The notes beneath the pieces were generated by a model, which saw nothing but the letters and a program-made list of their open reading frames with translations, had not been told where the DNA came from and did no database searches. Below, one piece after another: positions 50,217 through 59,455 of a stretch of DNA of 64,000 nucleotides. Position 1 is the first letter of the stretch. Every line of letters starts with the position of its first letter. The stretch is from contig JBLWGC010000133.1 of the NCBI GenBank assembly GCA_048772705.1, forward strand, positions 62,001-126,000, written 5' to 3'. The DNA comes from Leidyana gryllorum EB-2025a (taxonomy: Eukaryota; Protista; Apicomplexa). The position numbers and the translations under genes are program-made.

Positions 50217-50971
50217 CTAGGCAACAGGCTCTGGTTCAGCGGTCTTGGCATCGGCCTCCTCTCCGGTAGTGTCAACGGCGGCTTTGTCTTCGGTCACGTC
50301 CTGAGCGGTTTCTTCGTCGGCCTCAATCTCATCCTCATCGGACACAGGGTCGTCTGCGATAAGAGGAGTGATGATGGCAATAACCGATGTGCAAAGGCAG
50401 CTTACCGAGATCATTGAAGTCCATTCCACCCATGTCACCCAGGTCTCCCATACCGCCCATGCCTCCCATTCCTCCCATGCCGCCCATCATGTTGCTCATA
50501 TCGAAGTTGCCAAAGTCCATACCGTTGGCTTGGTCGCCGTTGCCCTCCTCCTCATCGCTATCAACCCAACGAGACCAGTCGACTTTGAGGTTGCTGCGCT
50601 TGGTGGAGTCGGAAACGAGTTTGGGCCATCTCTCAGCCTCCTGCTTCTCGAGCAAAATCATGATGTTGCGGGCAACAGACCACTTGCTTCGCTGTGTAGG
50701 GAAACGAGAGTGTGACACCGACAGGCTCATGTCCTGGACTTACGTTGAGGTCAACTTTGCCGTAGAGGGGAAGAGTGAGTTCGTACTCTTTGCCATCTCC
50801 CTTGCACTGGACAGTGAGAGATTGTTCCTCAATTGTAACTTTTACATCCGTGGGGTCGACGACCTCAACGGTAACGACAGCGGAAGTCTTCCGCTGAGCC
50901 CAAGTAGCAGTCGGCTGCACCCTGCGGAGACAAATGATGGGGAGGCATCAGATATCGACCACTTACGGCAT
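50217..50971 (-). CDS. SBA1: Hsp90 co-chaperone p23 (CS domain), 4 exons with a 5-nt first coding exon
   Basis: QPTATWAQR, WPKL...LKVDWSRWVDSDEE, GGM-rich acidic tail; ATGCC|GTAAGT micro-exon at 50971. Confidence 0.9.
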
Positions 50972-51059
50972 GATGAAAGTGGAAGGGGTGTTAGTGAGTG
51001 GAAACTATTCTGAAAAAAATTAACGGAGGCAGGCGGGTTCTACTGCGACTGTCCCAACC

Positions 51060-52024
51060 TCAAAAATGCTCAAGCACTTCTTTGGGCAGGGGACGTGTCT
51101 CAACTATCTCCTTGACCGTCTGAAAAGAGGTCTCATTTCTATGTTGGGCACAATGATCCGATCGTACCGATTCATCGTCAACTTGGTCGAAAATCTCCGC
51201 CTCTCCAATCCCGCACCAGTCGGTCTGTAATTGCGACCCCTCTCTCTCTTTCTCACCAGCCGGATTCCCATTGATCGGCCATTCGCACAATTTCAGTCCC
51301 TCACACCGTTCCAAAATCGGAACATTCTTAATCGAACCGCTCAAGACACACGACACTGTGTCGTGAACCCTCAACTGGTGGTGGCAGAGCATTGATGTGT
51401 GTGTGTGTGTGTGTGAGCTTACCTGGCGAGCGACTAGCCAGAAAGTGCAATTTGAACAGTCATCAATGGAGACCGAGGTGCGTGCGGCCGGCAAGCTGAG
51501 ACGACGGAGTGAGAACGGTGGTTTGTTGTCGCTGTCACTCACCAAACACGACATGTCTTGAGTTCCTGGAGTCTGGCTGTCTCCACGATCGCCTTGACGA
51601 TAATCGTTTTATCGCAAATACCCTTCAATACCAAAATACCATTCGCAGGGATCTGAGTCTGAGTGATTAGCAAAACAGTCTCGTCGTGTTGGGGGTCAGC
51701 CGCGAGGTCAGCTCTGCTCCGAATACTAACAGCAGCCACACCAGTATCCGCACCCTCTCCTCCTCCAGTGTCAGTGCTCAGCAGCACCGGCTGTTTGGCG
51801 AGTTGGGACTCGTCCGCCTCCAAGTTGGTGGTGAGGTGTTCCAGATTTACCCGTTCGGCGGCACGGCGGAGGGCGGCAGCGCTGTCAAGATACCACCGCT
51901 GTCGGCGGGGAGGCAGCCGGGAGTGTTTGACGTCGTTCTCGAACGCTCGGATATCATGTGTACTAGGAGTGGTGGATTGTAGGCTGTTGAGTCGTTCCTG
52001 GAAAGTCGCCTCTAAGCCCGACAT
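51060..52024 (-). CDS. TBCC: Tubulin-binding cofactor C
   Basis: Beta-helix SVSIDDCSNCTFWLVARQ|LRVHDT...PILERCEGL...FDQVDD. Confidence 0.78.
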
Positions 52025-52050
52025 TTACCCTATATACTTTTATTTTCTAC

Positions 52051-54275
52051 CTAATGCATGTGGGGGTGAACAGCATTCTGCTGCTCCCCGGATTCTGCCA
52101 TTGCCGCCTCCTCAGCCTGAACAACGCGATGCCAATTCACACCTCTGGGCCCGGTATTCGATGTTATACGAGTGTGATTCACCAGATCTGCAGCCTTCTT
52201 CCATTCACTGATCTTCTCGCCCGTCGTAGACTCCCATTTTAGAATATTCATAGACTCCTCCCACGATATGGGAATCCCCAACTCTGGCACAACCAATGTC
52301 AAAGTCAGACGATCGGCGTCCCGATGCAGTGTCTTTGGCTCCACCTCTGTCTCCAAATCCCGTATCACTTGTTCAGCCGCCGACTGCAACAATCAATCAA
52401 TCCTACCCACATCTCGCTCAAATCACTCACCCCCGCATCAACGATGGTGTCCGCCAGTGATCCCTTTCCGCCAGATCGCACCCAACCGGCAGCGTAAACT
52501 GGACACTGACCAGACTCAGAACCCGCAATCTTATTGCCTTGCGGGGCAAAGTTCTTCTTCCGCAGATTGTTCTGAAATCGCCATTCACGTTGTCACCCCT
52601 CTCACTTCCCTTACGTTATGCTCGGCGTCATAGAAAGTTTCCCAAGGCTTCTGTGGCGCTGTCGAGCCAACAGTGCCATACCCTAAGCACTTGACAACCA
52701 AACGAATGCGATCAAGCAGCTCCCGGGGAGCATCATCGGCGGGATTGGAAGCCAACGCATCTCTCGCAATCCGCCCACCCCGTGGCATATACAGTTTAGT
52801 CTTGGCAATTTCCACTCCAGTCACAGTGTCTTCCATTCGCGGGCCCTCGGTCAAAATCCGAGTCGGTTGATTACAGAATCGCAGCCACACATTCACAGCG
52901 TCCGGACTACGCTCCACCGCATCCAATCGGGGGTTCCCGTTGCGATCCAAGTCGGCCTCAGCTACAAGTCTCTCATAATTAGCTACACCTTGTTCTATCA
53001 ATGCCGCCATTCGCTGAGCCTTCCGATCACGCTGCAATCGAGAATCAAATCATTTGCCGTTGTCAACCACACACGTGTGTGCAGAAGCAAGTGGGTGTCT
53101 CCGCTGCCTACCTTCAGTTCCTTGGCACATGCGGGCAAGTCCAAGCTGGCTTTATATTCATCGGGCTTCACCAACACTGTAGCTTTGTCGCTGACACCAA
53201 ACAACTGCAAACAAGACCATGGGAGATGATTCGGCAGCAACTTCTCGTGTCAGTACCTCTCGTAGCGTGGCAATGTCCCAGCTGGATTGCAGGAACCCAC
53301 GGCGACCAATCATCTGGAAATCTCGAATGTATTTGCCATGGAGTTGATGCAGAAGACGACGGCCTGCTGGCGGCAGGTGGCGACAATCAATAGTCTCGGG
53401 GTCTCTCAAGAATATACGCACTATATCAGTTGCCACGTTGCCTTGGCTGAATTCAGGATCGAGGACTCTGCTATGCGGTGGGGTCTTCGGAGCGAGAGAG
53501 CTCACCCGATCAGGACAACTCGATCATCTACATTCGTGGGGTCAAAGAAACGTCCGAATCCCCGTGCTACGCGACTTGTGATTCCTCCCTGCTCAGACGT
53601 AGCCGAGACTGATCGAGCAAGGGAGTAATCCAACAAGTGCGAATCGATCGTCCATTGACCCAATTCGATCATAACACCCGGGACTTTGCGATAGACGTCA
53701 TACAAGTGCCCTGGAGGGGCCAGCGGTCGCCCGTTGTACCATTCAATAACATCTTCGGCGGTGGTGACCCCCTTGGCGAACTCCCCGGGGATGGCCAAGT
53801 GTGGATGGTCTTTCCGCTCAGAGACGCTCGCTATTCCGGTGCAGAGAATGACTGCGTCATAGTTCTTGCGCAGCATTCGCAGCTGCAGGAAGCGTCCCAA
53901 CTCCACCCCGCCGAAGAACTCGAATCTGAAACTATCATCGTCCACTTCTCTATAGCGAGCCGCTCCTTCAACCAAAGAGTCTCCTACGGCTTTGATGCTT
54001 GGGTGGTCTGGTGCGACACCGAGACGCACCAATCCCAGTGGGACCAAAGAAGCCTCGAAGACATCAACCTAAGATCAGATGATTGATCGGTAGTGGGGAG
54101 AGTTGCTCACTTGGAGAGGACAGGGCGCCGGGTCCTTTTGCGTCCAGCGTTTCCCTAAAGCGCGGAGGGTGGCGAGTCCTGCAGGTCCCGCGCCACATAG
54201 GGCTATACGATAGGAAGGAGGATGGTGGGTGAAAAGCTTAGTGGCATAGAATCGACTGCGGGGGGCTAATAACAT
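52051..54275 (-). CDS. FDXR: Mitochondrial NADPH:adrenodoxin/ferredoxin reductase, multi-exon
   Basis: GAGPAG, GLVRLGVAPDHP, YDAVILCTG, WYNGRP, IG|QGNVATD, IGRRG, VYAAGWVRSG; N-terminus MLLAPRSRFYATK resembles a mitochondrial presequence. Confidence 0.9.
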
Positions 54276-54296
54276 TGAGAATAGTTGTTTTTGCAC

Positions 54297-55298
54297 TCAA
54301 GAGGCGCCTAGAGAGGCTTCGCGTTCAGAACCAAATCGAGCAGTGGCACGTCTACCCTTAAAGGGATATGGGATATGTGTGAGGGAAGATGAGGAGGATT
54401 GTGTGGACACAGGTCTCGGACGAGGATGATACTGGGGATTGTTGGAATCGGATGAGATGGGCAACCGAGACTCATAGGAGATTGGCAATCTGGAACTCGG
54501 GTCTGTACTGGACCCCTTGAGGATACTGGTCGGGAAGAACTGAAATCTAGAAGGAGGTATGGGTTTGGTCCTCGGCTGGTAGGCAGGATCATCGAAGCCA
54601 CCTTCGAATGGAAATCTCCGGGATTCTGCACTCAAACCGCTAAGCAACCAGTTGCTCGGCCGGCTGCGCGGAGGGGGACTTCGAATCAGCACCGGATCGT
54701 CTTCCGAATTACTGCCACATAACTGGTGTTGGTGGCCAGGGAACAAGGGAATGCGTGTACTATTGGTGGACATCGAGGGTGCTGGACTAAAAACGCCGAC
54801 TCGAGCGTCCCACTCCTCCGTACCTTCGAGCAGGAGACAATTCGGACTGCCTCCGTAATTATTATCACCCCCGCGGACAGCAGCAGCTCCACCGCCGCCG
54901 CCCCCTCGGTGATCGACTCCCAATGAACTACTATCCACCTCACTCGCCAGATATCCATCTTGATAGACATAAGCTTGTACATCCGCATCGTCGTAGTCGC
55001 AGCCGTTGCCATCGCCGCCCCGACGATCCTCGAAACTCGCGTCGCCGTCACGGGCTAACACAGGGTCAAAAGTGACGCCAGCAGTTCGCTGCTTGGCATA
55101 GACTATGGGGACTTGGCCATCGCGTGTTTCCATTAGACATTTTCTCGGTACTTCAATCATTGGGTTTAAGAACCGACCTGAAGCCGCCCGCGTGACGCTT
55201 CGAGGGAAGACGCGGTGATACGGTCGACACGGAAAGCCAGAATCTGGCCCATATTCACGCAGACCTCCGATGGTGACCGACCTCTGTACCGAAGCCAT
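54297..55298 (-). CDS. Hypothetical intronless protein of about 333 aa
   Basis: First ATG of ORF 54297-55502 downstream of the MIP18 stop (MASVQRSVTIGG); fills the gap almost exactly; no family recognised. Confidence 0.6.
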   Translation of the reverse strand: MASVQRSVTIGGLREYGPDSGFPCRPYHRVFPRSVTRAASGRFLNPMIEVPRKCLMETRDGQVPIVYAKQRTAGVTFDPVLARDGDASFEDRRGGDGNGCDYDDADVQAYVYQDGYLASEVDSSSLGVDHRGGGGGGAAAVRGGDNNYGGSPNCLLLEGTEEWDARVGVFSPAPSMSTNSTRIPLFPGHQHQLCGSNSEDDPVLIRSPPPRSRPSNWLLSGLSAESRRFPFEGGFDDPAYQPRTKPIPPSRFQFFPTSILKGSSTDPSSRLPISYESRLPISSDSNNPQYHPRPRPVSTQSSSSSLTHIPYPFKGRRATARFGSEREASLGAS

Positions 55299-55309
55299 CG
55301 CATTAGCAG

Positions 55310-55967
55310 CTAAAAAATCGTCATCAAACTGATGTCCGTGACTTCGTGATCGGGTCTGTCCGAGGTTCCAACACCACCAAACCAGACGTTCCGTTTGACC
55401 GCATCGTCCAATGTCCGAGTTCGGCTCACTCCCTTCACAATCATCCCCAACACATTCGGGTTTTCCAGCGCAGCAATCACTCGTTCTGCGACCAAGTGTC
55501 AATAGTACAGCCCAATGTCAATTTCTCACCCTTGTCTGCCAACTGTTTGTTGATGGACTTCTCTGACGCATGAGAACCCGGTGTCACGCGCACCCATACG
55601 CTGTACCCCACCGGCAGTGACCATAACAAGACACAGCGTAGCATCAACCCTATCAATGTGGCCTGTGAACAGTGCGGTACAGTCGGCGTGAAGCGCAATT
55701 GCACTCGCTGCCCGCTGACTTGTATCATATCCAGTCCCACTACACCTAACTCCTCCAGACTCAAAGGGTACTCGGGGTCTTTAAGTCCCCGTATAATCTC
55801 GAAGATTTCCTGCAGCCGCAACCTGTCAAAGAAAGATCTCCATTGGTCCTTACCAATGCGTCAATAGGTTCATATGGGTGGTTTGGCTGTCGTAACTCAT
55901 TCGCTGAAGGTACTGTCAACCTCTGGACCAGAGATTTGGATATAACTGAGGGCGCGGGGTTCTCCAT
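55310..55967 (-). CDS. CIA2: Cytosolic Fe-S assembly component MIP18/CIA2 (FAM96), 3 exons
   Basis: EIFEIIRGLKDPEYPLSLEELGVV, FTPTVPHCSQATLIGL, PGSHASEKSINKQLADK|ERVIAALEN. Confidence 0.93.
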
Positions 55968-55981
55968 GCACAGTTTTTTTG

Positions 55982-57589
55982 TTATTTCTGCACGAACTGT
56001 ACGAAAGGAGTTATTTCCATTGAAACATAGGGATAGTAATCCCCTTCTTCCTCGGCACCAGCAGCACCTTCGTCCTTCACCCCAAAGTAATTCTTCCCAA
56101 TCTGATGCTTGGAAGCGAACAGATCGTCCAACTCCCGACGCAACTTGGTCTCTTTCACTTTCGGAGCCAACCGTATGATGAAAGCGCTGAAGTCGGGTGG
56201 TAAACCGTATCGCAACGTCGCCTCCACAAATACACGCACAGCCTTCAGATGAACCCAGTTCGTGAAACACTCAGAGAAGGCGGCTGACACAATACGCGAC
56301 AGCACACTTTCCTGACGAGATCGTTCTGCCTCCAGTCGTGCCCGTTCACTCGATTTGAGCTCATATGCTCGTTCACTAAACTTGAACTCGCGAATTGTGA
56401 TACTGCAAGAAGTGGTCGGCAAGAAACAACGACGCGGGTGGGATAGCAGGGGAGACACCGGTGATTCGAACAACGCCTACCGATGATCGCGGGCTTTCTC
56501 CTTCACGATGTCAATTCGTGACTTGAAGCATACGAAAGTCCAGATTGAAGCACCGTCTTTATCAATTGGACTGTACTTCCTGTGGGAGCACACACGTGTG
56601 TGTGTGGGAGAGCTTCCGGCAGACATGATCCAGCTTACTTGTGACTATATGGCACGACCTTGTCGTCCCACTTCCAATACTTGTCAGCAAAGCCTGTCTC
56701 AGTTCTTCATAGACGCAGACGCATGCCCTCGAAATTCACTTGAACGCTCACCTGGGTACAATGGCTACTACGGTAGTGAGATGCTCCGTTTCTATGAAAT
56801 CCTGCAAGCCGGCCGAGCATGGGTGAGGACGGATAGTGTTCAAGACTTACCTGTGAACTGCATATCTGTGGAGTCAGTACATCGATCAGATCTCGTGAGA
56901 CGAAAGACAGACTATGCAGCATTTAGAATACAGATCCCGGCTTTACTCTCACCCCTCTGACTTGTTGCTGGCTGTTGAGGTAGTTTTGATTTCAGCAAAG
57001 AGAGCCGCCTTGACCCGTACTTCCTCGTCCAATTTAGCCACATTCTGCAGAATTCACCTTCCAGTTCAAGCAGCCTGTCGAGCGAGTTGTCGTTACTCAC
57101 CGCCACCAGTTGATCAACATTCTGCTTGAGCGACCGGTTGCGAGGATACTTGGCTTCATCCCAGATGAACCGTCCCAGATACTGTTCGGCGGAGACTTGA
57201 GAGGAAGAATTGGAATGTGTGTCTCAGATTAGATGTCTTGAGACTCACAAGTATTCCGTTGCCAAACGATTTTGAACTCTGTGCTCGGATCTATTTCCAG
57301 GCCCATACGCTCAAGGCGACGGCAAGCTTGCTCAACGAACGAGTCCTGTTTGACCAGATCATCGGCCATACGCACAAGGTCATCTAGTCGCCCATACTTG
57401 AAGTTCTTGGGAATGTCGAAGACCTGTGTGAGAGAATGGATCACGTGGGTCGAGTTGATACTGTGTGCTTACGGCAGAGAAATCTATGAGACGGCCACCT
57501 TGTAACCGGGACTTTAGCAGAGAGTACATGGCCTCCCGACTGTCCTGTTCAGTAGGACTGGCGACTATCCAGAAGTCATTCCGTGACAT
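55982..57589 (-). CDS. VMA5: V-type ATPase subunit C, multi-exon
   Basis: FDIPKNFKYGRLDDLVRMADDLVKQD, WDEAKYP, FTNWVHLKAVRVFVEATLRYGLPPDF, DYYPYV. Confidence 0.93.
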
Positions 57590-57610
57590 CGCCGTGCGCT
57601 GTGGTGACGA

Positions 57611-58690
57611 CTAATTGATGTTGTTTCTTTTGAGCTTTTCAATCACAGAGAAGAATATTGGACCACATCCTTGGCACAAGTCTGGCAAAGCCAGCAATCC
57701 ATATTCTGTTCTACGTAAGACCATTCTCTTGGGCCCCTCGTCGAGTCCCTCGGCGTCTAGCGAGATGACCAGTTGCTGAGAGTCCAACTTGGAGTTGAGT
57801 TCTGCCACTACAGTCGCCTGGGGAACAGTTTGCAGCTTTCCGGCGAATTTCTTGAGAGCAGCGGCGACTACTTTGTCATTCTCAGCCTCGCTGAGCGAGC
57901 ATGTGGAGTATACCAAACGGCCGTCTCGGGCCGCTAATTGGTCCAGGGCGGTGTTGAGCAGCTTGACTTGAACCTCGCTGATACTTTTGGAGCTCGCAGG
58001 GGTCCAGTTGGCGAGAGTCCCATCCTTGAGGCGATGCCGATCACTCGAGCAAGGTGCGTCCACGAGTATCCTTGTATATGGGCCGTATCGGCTGATCTGG
58101 GTGTTGTTCTTGGCCGCGTCCGAGCAGACGACCTGGATTGTGCCTCTACGTTGCGGAAAGTACGAGAAAAGGTTGGTGGATAAGCGTTGAATCCGAGGAT
58201 GGCTGCTCTCGTTGGCGACCATTCTGACGCCCAGTGCTTTGGGCTGCTCCGGGGGGAAGAGTTGACTGGCTATCAACAAGGCTTTGCCACCAGGTGCCTG
58301 TGAGAAGGATTGATTGCGAAGGCTCTGTCTCGCTATGGGTCTCTCTTGAACTCACTGCGCATAGGTCGAGAGCGTTGTCTGAAGGACGAACATTGAGGGC
58401 CACGACGGGAAGGATGGATGCCGGATCTGTTCAGGAAGTCCAAAGATTATATCAGTTATTAGAGAGAATTGTGTTATACCCAAGAAATAGTCCACTTTGT
58501 TATCAGTATCCTGAACGGGTGATATAAAGCAGTTCGGAGCTAAGAGGGGAGTGGTTCCCCCTGGCGGCGGCGCGTGGGCTATACGGGCGAAGAGCTGAGG
58601 ATCCTCTATCATGGCTTGTATGAGGTTGGCACGCTCCTCATCGGACTTTACTGGGAGGCTTTTGGCCCATTCCTCCGAAGAATTGCTCAT
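57611..58690 (-). CDS. RNA m5C methyltransferase, RsmB/NOL1/NSUN family (NSUN3/4-like), 3 exons
   Basis: YFL|DPASILPVVAL...LDLCA|APGGK, ILVDAPCSSDR, LVYSTCSLSEAEND, GPIFFS. Confidence 0.88.
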
Positions 58691-59432
58691 ACGTCCTTGC
58701 CCAGCAGCAACAGAAAGCCCAAAATTCCAAGGACTCCCCATTTGAGACTGAAGTGGGAAACCATCGAGGGAGACTCCGGTGTTTCTTTCCACTTACGCAG
58801 GATAATCATTAAGCCAAATTGTGACCATTCCAACCTTTGGCGCGATACTGCATAGATTGTGAAGAGAGTCTAAAATCTCAGTTTGAACGTACCCAACAGC
58901 CTTTCCAACAATATCAGAGTTTCGCAGCCAATTCTGTCCTTCATTATATAATCCTCTGTCATCAACGCGGTTGTTGTCTCCCTTTGTGAGCAGCCACGAC
59001 TCGCCCTCAACTCTGTGTGTGTGTGTGTGTGTGTATTGTGAGATCTGAGTGTGGCTTACGGCTCGTGGACACTCAGGACTCTGTGTACAATGGGGATGCC
59101 TCGGCTTTCCACTTGGTACACAACAATGTCTCCGGCGTGGAGTGTGTCGGCTCCGGTGAGGAAGAGTACGTCTCCTCTGTACATTCCGGGCTCCATGGAC
59201 CCACTGAGTACGACGACCACAGGAGACTCGCAGTTAGTGACAGTCATGAGACATCTCCAGAGTACAAAGGCCGACAGAATGATACATCCTGTAGTGATAA
59301 CTTGATTGAGGGCCTAAAGTTGCAATAGTGGTGGGAAAGGGTCTCGAGTTTCACCTTGCGGGGTTTGCGGAGAATGCGTTTGATGTCACTGACGAGATCG
59401 CTAATACCTAAGCTCTCTATCAGGCTGCCCAT
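58687..59432 (-). CDS. SEC11: Signal peptidase complex catalytic subunit Sec11, 5 exons
   Basis: [57 protein letters not shown]|[19 protein letters not shown]. Confidence 0.95.
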
Positions 59433-59455
59433 CTTGAGTTTTTTTATTGAAGAAT

